From positions 512,001-576,000 of the forward strand of contig OZ253553.1 of NCBI GenBank assembly GCA_965262715.1: a stretch of 64,000 bases of DNA. The letters are read 5' to 3'. This document shows, one piece after another, positions 29,801 to 39,217 of the stretch. The stretch comes from Bdellovibrionales bacterium. GTDB lineage: Bacteria; Bdellovibrionota; Bdellovibrionia; Bdellovibrionales; JAUICD01. How positions within the stretch are numbered: position 1 is the stretch's first letter; the number at the start of each line of letters is the position of its first letter. A program made the position numbers and the translations under genes. Below the pieces are notes generated by a model, which ran no database searches, had not been told where the DNA came from, and saw nothing but the letters and a program-made list of their open reading frames with translations.

Positions 29801-30176
29801 CATACAATCTATTTTTATCGATGCCTAAATACTTTTGGTCAGTTAAAAACTCCCATGCAAATTCAATAGCCTCTTTTTTAAAATAATCTCCAAAGGAAAA
29901 ATTGCCTAGCATTTCAAAAAAGGTATGGTGTCTGGGAGTATGACCAACTTGTTCTAAGTCATTAGCTCGAAAACATTTTTGTGCAGACACAGCTCTATTG
30001 TAAGGGAGCTTTTTAAGGCCTAAAAATACGTCTTTAAATTGATTCATACCTGCATTTGTAAAAAATAGATCTTTACCTTCTGGAGTTAAGGGGGAGCTTT
30101 TACAGTGTTTATGACCTCTACTTTCGAAGTACTCTATAAATTTATAACATGTTTCATTACAGTTAAGGGGTTTCAT
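26877..30176 (-). CDS. alaS: Alanine--tRNA ligase with large insertions (start MKPLNC at 30176 preferred)
   Basis: [80 protein letters not shown]. Confidence 0.95.
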   Translation of the reverse strand: [1099 protein letters not shown]

Positions 30177-30295
30177 AAAGGGGTCCTTATTGGGGAGCAT
30201 TTTTCTATAGTTAATTTTAATGAAATTCTTTATTCTTGTCAATCCTATCAATGATTGATTATAGATATAGAAAGGACTTTTGGAAGGAGAAATTC

Positions 30296-30361
30296 ATGAT
30301 AAAATTTTTAGCAACAGGTTGTTATATAGGCCTAATTCCTAAGGCTCCATGTACTTTTGGC
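30296..30361 (+). pseudogene. 5' remnant (22 codons) of pgpA
   Basis: MIKFLATGCYIGLIPKAPCTFG vs pgpA VIKFLATGCYIGLIPKAPGTFG; upstream attgattatagatata also duplicated. Confidence 0.88.
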
Positions 30362-30531
30362 TGTTTAACTCTCTCGCTTTTTTCTATCATTAGGAAAATG
30401 CTTTCAATAACATTCTTTAATTATTGGCCTCATTATCATTACTGAGTCTTATAGCAGGGCTTTTTTTAGCTTTTTTATATACCCAGTTGTCGGGGGTCAT
30501 CGAAAATATCTCTTTTGGGTTTGTTTTTAGG

Positions 30532-32370
30532 CTATAAATCGAATGTTTTTAAAAACCTAGATATTTTTCTCTCTTTTTCATCTCCCCAGGGCATTTTTCT
30601 TTTTTTAGGCCAAGTGACATATAAAAATCGCTTTGACCTAGTGAAGGCCACATACAGATTATTTTCTTCTTGCTTAAGATCAATACCCTTTTTTTGTATA
30701 GCTCGATAATCAGGGAATGTTTCATCATCCATACCTATTAGAAAGACGATATCAAACTCCTGCCCTTTCATTGTGTGAACTGTACTTAATGTAATACCTT
30801 TGTGTGGAATTGATTGATGAGTTTGGCCTAATGCCATTGCATTTTTGAACTGTAGTAATGACTTTGTGTCTGTTGTACTGGCGTATTTATTCCAATGTTT
30901 TATCAAATCATCAATGTCATTAAAGATCATATTTCTTTCATTTTCTTCGCTATAATCAGTAAGTGTATTTTTAAAACTTTTCAAAAGATATTTTAGATTA
31001 TTCCCATCATCATCTAAATTTATAACTAACTGGATAAGAGCCTTATGTTGTTTATTATTTATAGTTGATATAATTTCTTCCAGTGATTTTTCTTTTGAGA
31101 TATTTGATTTTAGTTTCTCAAGGAGTTTTCCTTTATGTAATTTATCTTGAGGATTTAATTTAACTTTAAGTGCAAGGTCAAACATATTGATTAGATCAGA
31201 TTCAAATTGAACTGAACCTATTCGCATTTTATAATAAAAAGGTATACCCTTAGATTTTAATTGAGTATTGATTTGATTAAAAAGATATTTATTACGGGCA
31301 AGGATAACTATTTTTTCGTAAGTGATTTGACCTTCAATATCTGGATGTTTTTGTATAGAGACTAGTTCATTGATTTTATCAATAATCCATAAGGCTTCTT
31401 TTTCTTCATCTTCTATGCCTTGCAATTCAAAGATACCTTGTTTCACTGTGTGAGGTATGTCTTTAGCACTAGGAAATATCTTTTTAGTAGCAGATAAAAC
31501 CTCTTGAGATGAACGATAGTTTTCTTCTAGTTCTATGACTTCAGGTTTAAAGTCTTTAATAAAAAACTCGGTCATATATTTTGGTGAAGATCCATTGAAA
31601 TGAAAAATGGATTGGTTAGGATCTCCAACCATCATCACATTGTCGAATTGACCTCCTGTTAGAGCCAGCAAGAATTGATATTGGGCATTATTTAAATCTT
31701 GGGCCTCATCAATACAAATTGCATAAAAACTACGGCGGTACAAGTCCGCCACATTTGGATATTCAATAAATAGTTTGTATGCTAGAATAAGCAGGTCATC
31801 AAAGTCTATACCATTTTGACTGCTTAATATATCTTGATAATTTTTATAAAGAAGTATTTTTTCATCATCTTTAGATTGAGAGTCTTCTTCAAGTTTACCC
31901 ATATTCCTTTTAACTTTGGCTATAAATTTCAATACTTGGTATAAAAATCTTTTTTTCTTTTTCTCATCTTTATTCCTATAAATATTTTCATAAGATGGGG
32001 TTAAATTGATAGCTTGTTCTATTAGCTCTAATCTATCATTTTCGTTTTCAAATATATGAGGCATTTTTTCTAAGCCAATAAGATATCCATGATTTCTCAA
32101 TGTTTTTTGACAAAATCCATGGAATGTTCCTACAAAAACTCTTTTATCTAAAGTAGATATACCATTTAATCTTTCTTTGACTTCTTCTCCCGCTTTATGG
32201 GTAAAGGTAAGAGCAAGTATCTGCTTCTTAGTTTTATCTAATAAAATTCTCACTCGTTCTGTAAGAACTCTTGTCTTTCCACTTCCAGCACTGGCTTTGA
32301 CACAAATGGGCTTATCCTCAAGGTTGACAATACTTTTTTGAGTTTCAGATAATTCAATTTTTGCTGACAT
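30532..32370 (-). CDS. UvrD/Rep-family SF1 helicase, GajB-like
   Basis: ASAGSGKT, IDEAQD, GDPNQSIF, LEENYRS, STVHTMKGQEFD, LYVAFTR; overlaps the upstream OLD nuclease gene by 17 bp. Confidence 0.88.
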   Translation of the reverse strand: MSAKIELSETQKSIVNLEDKPICVKASAGSGKTRVLTERVRILLDKTKKQILALTFTHKAGEEVKERLNGISTLDKRVFVGTFHGFCQKTLRNHGYLIGLEKMPHIFENENDRLELIEQAINLTPSYENIYRNKDEKKKKRFLYQVLKFIAKVKRNMGKLEEDSQSKDDEKILLYKNYQDILSSQNGIDFDDLLILAYKLFIEYPNVADLYRRSFYAICIDEAQDLNNAQYQFLLALTGGQFDNVMMVGDPNQSIFHFNGSSPKYMTEFFIKDFKPEVIELEENYRSSQEVLSATKKIFPSAKDIPHTVKQGIFELQGIEDEEKEALWIIDKINELVSIQKHPDIEGQITYEKIVILARNKYLFNQINTQLKSKGIPFYYKMRIGSVQFESDLINMFDLALKVKLNPQDKLHKGKLLEKLKSNISKEKSLEEIISTINNKQHKALIQLVINLDDDGNNLKYLLKSFKNTLTDYSEENERNMIFNDIDDLIKHWNKYASTTDTKSLLQFKNAMALGQTHQSIPHKGITLSTVHTMKGQEFDIVFLIGMDDETFPDYRAIQKKGIDLKQEENNLYVAFTRSKRFLYVTWPKKRKMPWGDEKERKISRFLKTFDL

Positions 32371-35300
32371 TGGTTTTATCCTTATTATTATAGTAATCTT
32401 TTATTTTATTAAACAAATTTTCTATTTTTGGAGGAAGTTTGTTACCTTTTATAATTTCTTTTGCCACTGCCTCTCCCATTCTAATCTTATCATCTTTCAT
32501 AATTTCAAGAAGTCGTTCATCATCGTAACTTTCAACTTCTTCTTTTTTTGCAGCTTTATGTTGTTCATTCTTGCAATGAAGTGATAAATAGGCTTTCTTT
32601 ATTTGCTCTTGGAAGCCATTAGAAATGAGTTGCTTTTCAAAATCATTACCATCATCCAAAAAAACAACAAACACTTTTGGATCCTTCTTTATTTTAAGTA
32701 CCTTGGTTTCAACTTCTCCAACAGTATTTTGATCTGCATCACTAAAGATAAAGCAAGGTATATTTAGAGATTTAGCAAACTTTATAAAAGGAGCATAATT
32801 TTTTCCTCCAACTCCTACAAAGTTTAAACCTATATCGGAAGGATGTTTCTGAAAGAACTTTTCTGCAAAGATAGGTAGTGCTCGAGATTCAGTTTTTCCT
32901 TCTGAAAAAACAATAAAGTTTGAAAAAATAATCTCTCCGTGAGTATGAGTCACATGAACTTCAATTTTGCTTTCATCTTCAGATGATAATCCTGTTACTT
33001 TTCCGCAGGTTACTTGATTGCTTTTATACAATCCTCTAATTTGCCTTATCTTTGCTTTTGCAGCTACATAGGGAGAGTGGGTTGAAATGATCTTTTGGCC
33101 TTCAATAGAATTTATTTGATGATAAAGCTGTTTTTGAGCGTTTGGATGCAAATGAGCTTCAGGCTCTTCTATTGCAAGAATTGGGAAAAACACATTGTCT
33201 TGCTCTTGGAATTTTTTTGTAAGCGATGAAATAAATGCTTTTAAAGTAAGAAGTGATGACCAACTTCTTGTTCCCATACCATGATATTCCATAGAAAAAC
33301 TATCTGTTTGTTCACCATAATAAATGGATAGCCCTTTATTTAAATCTCTTACCTTTTTTGTAAAAGGTGTGATTTCAACATTGGCTTTGTCGTTACCCAT
33401 AGTTGAGTTAATTTCTCCTAGTACAATCTTGATATGTGACAAAATGGCACTGCTATCAACGGCTTTTTCATTAAGTGATTTGATTTGATCTTCAATATCT
33501 TTGATGTCTTTTTCAGTATATTCTATTTTTGAAATCATTTTCCCAAGATAAGAACTTTTAAGCTTTATGTCTTTAAGAATATCTCTTTGAGCATCGATGT
33601 AAAAGAAAGGTATTTCATCAAAATAAAAGCGGATTTTATCCCCATCATCTTTATCAAACCAATTTGTATTCTTGTCTTTAAATTTTGGCCAGCCGTTTAT
33701 AGAAAATTGTTTTTTTTTAAAACTATTTGTTATTGGATCGAATTTTATTTTTGTTCTAAATGGGAACTGGTTTCTATTGGAATCATCAGGATCAGGTTTA
33801 ATATTTGCTGCTTGAAATACAGATACCCAATCATCTGTGAAGTTCTCACATATATTCCCTTCATCATCAACAGGGACAATAAGAGTATCTATTATAATTT
33901 CCTCTGAAGCAGAGTTTTCTTTTATAAAAAAATCATCCTGAGAGATAAACTGGTGATTGCCAAAAGCCAATTGCAATGCATATAGAATAGAAGACTTACC
34001 AGTATTATTTGCTCCTGTTAAAACAGTGGTTTTTTCTAAATCTATTTCAATATTTTCAAGCCCTCTAAAACCTCTAATACGAATAGTTTTGATTAAAATA
34101 TCCTTTGGTTCTTGCTGCTGTATTTTTTCTTCTTTCTTTTGTTGTTCCTTCTTCTTTTCCTCTTTTTGTTCTTTTGCTTTTTCTGCTTTTATTTCATTGA
34201 AAAGTTTTGCCATATCTTGTTTTACTATATAGTCATATCTTTTTTCAAACTGGGGATAATGATCTTTTGTAATTTTTAAGATATCTGCTATAAAGCCATT
34301 TAACTTATAGAGAGGAAAAATTAATGAAGATAGGGCTTCTTTTGCTTGAAGGATCAGGTCTCTTAATTTGTGACCATGCTGTGTATTGGAAAGAGTGATT
34401 TTATTTGCTAAAAGAAAAGCTATATCCAATGCATATATGGGTAACTTTGAGATAGACCTAAAAGCTTCTTGCTCTTTATTTCTACAAATTTGATAAAATC
34501 CTTTTTCATCAAATGATATGGTTTTTTCTTGAGCTATTTTTCTGAGGGGATCCATAAAAAATTTCTGCTCATAAATTTTTAAAATATGTTTGCCTGTATC
34601 AGGAGTAGGTTTTTTATCTGTTGAAGGTACTTCGAACTCTTTATCTGTTGAAGAAATGAAACCACATTCTTTAAAAAAGCTTACAGTATTTTCAGAATTG
34701 TTCCATATATAAGAAGCTATAAAATCTTTTCTTTCTTTGAGAAGAGCACGCTGTATATTATAGATGAGATATTTTTCATCCCCATCAGAAAGTTGCCAAT
34801 TGCTTTCTGATATTATTTTTGTTATAATATCTATAAAATATTGATCTCCATTAAAGAGTTTATTAAAGAATGCCTTTTTTGTAGGTTCCGATTGGTTGTT
34901 CATATAATCATAATAAGATTGGTTAGTTATTAGATTATTATTTGTATTTGCTATAATCCCTTCAATATATTGATCAGCTAGGCCTCTTAAAAGAATCAAT
35001 CTTGTTACTGAAAGATTATTTTCGACTTGAAGATTGTGAGTAATATATCTTTCGTCTTTATCAGAAAAGGTCTGTGCTAAATGAGTATTGATTTCTTCAG
35101 ATCTGTTTGGTTCTTTGAGATGAATATATTTATTTTGATAGAGTTTGAAAATAAACTCCCCTGAAATAGGCTTTTTATTGGCTATCAGTTTATCAAGTTC
35201 TTTTTTAAGTTGTTGATTATTTTGTAAGCTTCTTGAGTGTGTTATTTGCATTTTTTTACAGATGAGATCTAAAAATTGCTTTTTTCTAACAACATCATCT

Positions 35301-35572
35301 CCTTTTAAAACACTCATTAGTTTTTCAAAAAAAGATTCTTCACTACTTCTATTGTAATAAGGAGGAAAAGGAAGAAACTCCTGACGAACTCTTGGAATAT
35401 CTGAAAAAGGCAAAACCCAATCTATATCTTGGTTGTTAGAAATGCTTAGGTTAGCAATAATAGGCAAAAGCTGATCTTCAAATAAAATATCTTTATGTCC
35501 TTGTCCTTCTTCAAGTGCCTTGAAATATTCAATAAACCTTTGACGTATTTCATCACTGGTTAAATGTTTCAT
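32354..35572 (-). CDS. OLD-family ABC ATPase-TOPRIM nuclease (GajA-like) with N-terminal AlaRS-derived extension
   Basis: C-terminal ~580 aa: IRGFRGL, GANNTGKS, GMGTRS, IEEPEAHLHP, STHSP, SEGKTE, DAD; N-terminus MKHLTSDEIRQRFIEYF and other AlaRS-like segments. Confidence 0.85.
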   Translation of the reverse strand: MKHLTSDEIRQRFIEYFKALEEGQGHKDILFEDQLLPIIANLSISNNQDIDWVLPFSDIPRVRQEFLPFPPYYNRSSEESFFEKLMSVLKGDDVVRKKQFLDLICKKMQITHSRSLQNNQQLKKELDKLIANKKPISGEFIFKLYQNKYIHLKEPNRSEEINTHLAQTFSDKDERYITHNLQVENNLSVTRLILLRGLADQYIEGIIANTNNNLITNQSYYDYMNNQSEPTKKAFFNKLFNGDQYFIDIITKIISESNWQLSDGDEKYLIYNIQRALLKERKDFIASYIWNNSENTVSFFKECGFISSTDKEFEVPSTDKKPTPDTGKHILKIYEQKFFMDPLRKIAQEKTISFDEKGFYQICRNKEQEAFRSISKLPIYALDIAFLLANKITLSNTQHGHKLRDLILQAKEALSSLIFPLYKLNGFIADILKITKDHYPQFEKRYDYIVKQDMAKLFNEIKAEKAKEQKEEKKKEQQKKEEKIQQQEPKDILIKTIRIRGFRGLENIEIDLEKTTVLTGANNTGKSSILYALQLAFGNHQFISQDDFFIKENSASEEIIIDTLIVPVDDEGNICENFTDDWVSVFQAANIKPDPDDSNRNQFPFRTKIKFDPITNSFKKKQFSINGWPKFKDKNTNWFDKDDGDKIRFYFDEIPFFYIDAQRDILKDIKLKSSYLGKMISKIEYTEKDIKDIEDQIKSLNEKAVDSSAILSHIKIVLGEINSTMGNDKANVEITPFTKKVRDLNKGLSIYYGEQTDSFSMEYHGMGTRSWSSLLTLKAFISSLTKKFQEQDNVFFPILAIEEPEAHLHPNAQKQLYHQINSIEGQKIISTHSPYVAAKAKIRQIRGLYKSNQVTCGKVTGLSSEDESKIEVHVTHTHGEIIFSNFIVFSEGKTESRALPIFAEKFFQKHPSDIGLNFVGVGGKNYAPFIKFAKSLNIPCFIFSDADQNTVGEVETKVLKIKKDPKVFVVFLDDGNDFEKQLISNGFQEQIKKAYLSLHCKNEQHKAAKKEEVESYDDERLLEIMKDDKIRMGEAVAKEIIKGNKLPPKIENLFNKIKDYYNNKDKTNVSKN

Positions 35573-35686
35573 AATTGACCTATTTTGATTAATGCATACT
35601 TTCACTATAAAGTGCTTAACTACTTATAAAGTTTATCAAATTTCTTACTGGTTGTCATTTATTGATTATAGATATAAAAAAGAAAC

Positions 35687-36136
35687 ATGTATGCTGTGAT
35701 AAAGTTTTTAGCAACAGGTTGTTATATAGGCTTGATTCCAAAAGCCCCAGGCACTTTTGGGACTTTACTTGGTATTCCGCTTTCTTATCTTTTTTTATTG
35801 TTAGGAGAATATGGCTATTACATAGCTACTTTATTGTTTATATCTTTATCTATTGTTATTGCTGAACTTTATGATAGAACTTTAAAAGAGCATGATCATC
35901 AAACAATTGTTATTGATGAAGTAGCAGGTTATCTAGTTGCCTTTGCAGCACTGCCGTTTCAGGTGTTTTGGGTAGTGCTTGCGTTTTTGCTTTTTAGGTT
36001 TTTTGATGTTCTTAAGCCATTTCCTATCAATCGTCTTGATCGTATGAAAGGTGGTTTAGGGATTGTTTTAGATGACCTAGGCGCTGGACTTATTACAAAT
36101 GTTATTTTACAAATTTTATTTTGGCAGATAGGTTAA
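35687..36136 (+). CDS. pgpA: Phosphatidylglycerophosphatase A (GTG at 35696 is an alternative start)
   Basis: PKAPGTFGT, IVIDEVAG, FRFFDVLKPFPI, GGLGIVLDD. Confidence 0.95.
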   Translation: MYAVIKFLATGCYIGLIPKAPGTFGTLLGIPLSYLFLLLGEYGYYIATLLFISLSIVIAELYDRTLKEHDHQTIVIDEVAGYLVAFAALPFQVFWVVLAFLLFRFFDVLKPFPINRLDRMKGGLGIVLDDLGAGLITNVILQILFWQIG

Positions 36137-36138
36137 AG

Positions 36139-36612
36139 ATGATAGAAATAGAAGTTTTTAATCTCTTAAAAAAAAATAAATGGACTGTAAGCTTTGCTGA
36201 AAGCTGTACAGGTGGGATGCTATCATCTCACTTTACATCTGTTCCAGGTGTATCAAGTGTCTTTAAGGGAGCTATTGTCAGTTATTCTAATGAAATAAAA
36301 ATCAAGCATCTACATGTGGAATCCAGCCTCTTAAAATCAAAAGGGCCATTCAATCAGGAAACAGCCCTTCAAATGGCCAAAGGCGTACGGCTTCAGATGG
36401 ATACAGATTGGTCTTTGGCCACAACAGGGATAGCAAGTGCTATACCTGGTCATGAAAAAGACACTGGTAAAGTGTATTTTGCTGTTGTAGGACTAGAAAA
36501 CTTTCAGACAATGGTTTGTGAAACTTTTTCTGGTGACAGAGATGATATCCGACATCAAGCGGTGTTGAAGGCCTTACTTCTTTTTAAGGAGAGCTTGATA
36601 AAGTTGATATAG
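36139..36612 (+). CDS. CinA C-terminal domain / nicotinamide-nucleotide amidohydrolase family protein
   Basis: AESCTGG, PGVSSVFKG, YSNEIK, TTGIA, GDRDDIR; located between pgpA and recA. Confidence 0.88.
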   Translation: MIEIEVFNLLKKNKWTVSFAESCTGGMLSSHFTSVPGVSSVFKGAIVSYSNEIKIKHLHVESSLLKSKGPFNQETALQMAKGVRLQMDTDWSLATTGIASAIPGHEKDTGKVYFAVVGLENFQTMVCETFSGDRDDIRHQAVLKALLLFKESLIKLI

Positions 36613-36648
36613 GATATTTATTGAACATTAAATAATGTGTTCTTTTTT

Positions 36649-36718
36649 CTGGGAACTGGCAGTCTGGCAAACCGGCAGCAGGTCCCGGGAACTGCCTGCC
36701 AGATTGCCGGAATCCCAG
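36649..36718. repeat. R3 family CCGG/CTGGCA-rich palindromic repeat
   Basis: ctgggaactggcagtctggca...tgccagattgccggaatcccag. Confidence 0.7.
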
Positions 36719-36817
36719 ATTGCTAAGTTTTGGAATAAAGAAGGCTTAAGTAGTTATAAGCTATAAAATATGCTTATACATAAGTCATTTTATTTTTTAA
36801 AATAAGAGGAATTTTAA

Positions 36818-36845
36818 TTGACATAAGATGGAGATTGGCTATAAG
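36818..36845 (+). promoter_or_regulatory. Putative sigma70 promoter of recA
   Basis: TTGACA-N16-TATAAG ~115 bp upstream of the recA start. Confidence 0.45.
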
Positions 36846-36958
36846 TATTAGCGTGTTTTGAGAGCTTCTTTAAATAAAATGGGTTTATGTCACTTTCTAT
36901 TGCTTAAGGTCACAGTGTAGGGTTGAGATGAGCTCATAACAAGGTAAGGAGATAAGTT

Positions 36959-38059
36959 ATGCAAAAAGTTAATAATACAGCAAGTCAAACAAGTCAGGAG
37001 AAGAGAAAGGCATTGGACCTTGCTATTGCTTCTATTGAAAAGCAATTTGGTAAAGGTTCAATTATGAAATTAGGAGGTGGTAAGAGCCTTTATGAGAATA
37101 TCCCTGTTATTCCCACAGGCTCATTATCACTTGATATTGCTCTTGGAATAGGTGGTATCCCAAGAGGTCGAATTGTAGAAATTTATGGACCTGAAAGCTC
37201 AGGTAAGACAACTCTAGCTTTATCGATGATTGCAGAGGCTCAACAGCTGGGAGGTACAGCTGCTTTTGTGGATGCGGAGCATGCGCTTGATATAACTTAT
37301 GCTAAAAAATTGGGTGTTCAAACATCTGATATACTCATTTCCCAGCCAGATACAGGAGAACAGGGGTTAGATATTACAGAGACACTTGTGAGGTCTGGAG
37401 CGATTGATGTTTTGGTGGTTGATTCTGTAGCTGCGCTCACTCCAAAGGCAGAGATTGAAGGTGATATGGGTGATCACCACATGGGACTTCAAGCAAGATT
37501 AATGTCACAGGCACTTAGAAAGCTGACAGCTGTGATCAGTAGATCTCATACAACTGTTATTTTCATCAATCAAATACGAATGAAGATTGGTATGGTTTTT
37601 GGCAATCCAGAGACCACAACTGGAGGTAATGCTCTTAAGTTTTACTCTTCTGTGCGGTTAGATGTGCGTAGAATAGGAGCTATCAAAAATGGTGATGAGG
37701 CCACTGGTAATCGAACATCTGTGAAGATTGTTAAAAATAAACTTGCTCCTCCATTTGCTCGCGTAGAATTTGATCTTATGTATGGTATAGGTATTTCAAA
37801 AGAGGGAGAGGTGGTAGACATGGCGGCTAACAAGGATATTATTGAAAAATCTGGAGCTTGGTACAGCTACAAAAAAGAGAGGATTGGTCAAGGTCGGGAA
37901 AATGCTAAAAAATATTTAAAAGAACATCCTAATGTAATGAATGAGATATGCCAGAAGCTTTTTGAACTTCAAGGTATTACAAGGTCGTTTAGAACGACGA
38001 CGGCTGAGAAAAAAGAGATGAATGGAAAAGCTTCTACAAAACAAGTTCAAGCCCATTAG
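36959..38059 (+). CDS. recA: Recombinase RecA
   Basis: [47 protein letters not shown]. Confidence 0.99.
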   Translation: MQKVNNTASQTSQEKRKALDLAIASIEKQFGKGSIMKLGGGKSLYENIPVIPTGSLSLDIALGIGGIPRGRIVEIYGPESSGKTTLALSMIAEAQQLGGTAAFVDAEHALDITYAKKLGVQTSDILISQPDTGEQGLDITETLVRSGAIDVLVVDSVAALTPKAEIEGDMGDHHMGLQARLMSQALRKLTAVISRSHTTVIFINQIRMKIGMVFGNPETTTGGNALKFYSSVRLDVRRIGAIKNGDEATGNRTSVKIVKNKLAPPFARVEFDLMYGIGISKEGEVVDMAANKDIIEKSGAWYSYKKERIGQGRENAKKYLKEHPNVMNEICQKLFELQGITRSFRTTTAEKKEMNGKASTKQVQAH

Positions 38060-38145
38060 CTTTTACTTAAGATTGATTTTAGTAGAAATATTTTTCCTTA
38101 ACGCTAATAAAAAATGAAAAGATATTACTTTCTAACAATACCTCA

Positions 38146-38255
38146 AGCTTTCTAAGCAGCAAGCTACTCTCCGATGGTGTTATAACCATCGGGCTTGCTG
38201 CCAGAAGGTGGCCGGAGGCTTGCCTCGAGAGGCTTGCCTCAAGAGGCCAGATGTT
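38146..38255 (-). repeat. Partial R1 hairpin repeat
   Basis: gcagcaagc/gcttgctgc and ccgatgg/ccatcgg stems with two 14-bp gaggcttgcctcga units. Confidence 0.65.
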
Positions 38256-38484
38256 GGCTGTGCTGGTAGTCTGACTTTGCTCGATTGCCAGATTAAAATA
38301 AAGACTTAATCAAATGTAGCTTGTAATTTCAATATCTTATATCGAAACAGCAACGGCCTGTAGCCATGAACCAATCTCTTACTTAAATCCATCTCATAAC
38401 TTCTAGTTTAAGGTAGGCTTGCCACAACTAGATTAGAGGCTTTCCACATACATACAAATATTTGTGCAATAAGGTCATTTGAAT

Positions 38485-39216
38485 TTAGTGTTTTGTTGGA
38501 GGGTCTTCATTAACAATCAATCGGAATTTTCTTGATTTATTTTCTTGGAGAGGTCTTCTTCTTTTTAATCTTTGATATTTTGTCCACACTACAAGAAAAA
38601 TCCAACCAGAAGCGATACCTCCTAGGTGCGCTAGGTAAGAAATCCTAGAGTCTATCCCTTCTTGAAGCATACTTACAAATTGAATAGTGCCTAAAATAAT
38701 CACTATCCACTTTACTTTCATAGGAAAGAAGAACATAAACAGAACTATTCTATCGCCAAATAAAATAGCAAAAGCTAACATGAGTCCGTAAATAGCTCCA
38801 GAGGCACCTATTAAAACAGCATGATTTATAGGACCAATAAATATGCTATATAGAGCATTAAAGGCAAGAAAGATCAGTCCAGCACCAGTTCCACAAGCCA
38901 AATAGTAGGTTAGGAAGAAGCGAGATCCCCAACGAAATTCTAACTCTGCGCCTAACCACCACAAAAGAAGCATATTGAAGAAAATGTGGAAGGCACTTTG
39001 AGAATGTAGAAACATATAAGTTATGGGTTCCCAGATAAAAAAGGAATTAAAAAAATGATTGACAGAAAGACCTAAGACCGAAGTGAAGAAGGGAGTTCGT
39101 AGAATAAGGTTATCTATAATCACTTGAAGAAAAAGCCATATGACCACATTAACAATCACTAACTTTTTAACTACACCAGAAAAAGGGATATGTAGATGAT
39201 TTGTTCTATAATACAT
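38485..39216 (-). CDS. Rhomboid family intramembrane serine protease
   Basis: TYMFLH, HIFFNM, GASGAIYG, AHLGG. Confidence 0.92.
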   Translation of the reverse strand: MYYRTNHLHIPFSGVVKKLVIVNVVIWLFLQVIIDNLILRTPFFTSVLGLSVNHFFNSFFIWEPITYMFLHSQSAFHIFFNMLLLWWLGAELEFRWGSRFFLTYYLACGTGAGLIFLAFNALYSIFIGPINHAVLIGASGAIYGLMLAFAILFGDRIVLFMFFFPMKVKWIVIILGTIQFVSMLQEGIDSRISYLAHLGGIASGWIFLVVWTKYQRLKRRRPLQENKSRKFRLIVNEDPPTKH

Positions 39217-39217
39217 T

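Noticed and set aside
30236..30445. 69-aa ORF as a real gene
   Set aside because: Only 22 codons match pgpA; the rest is unrelated read-through.
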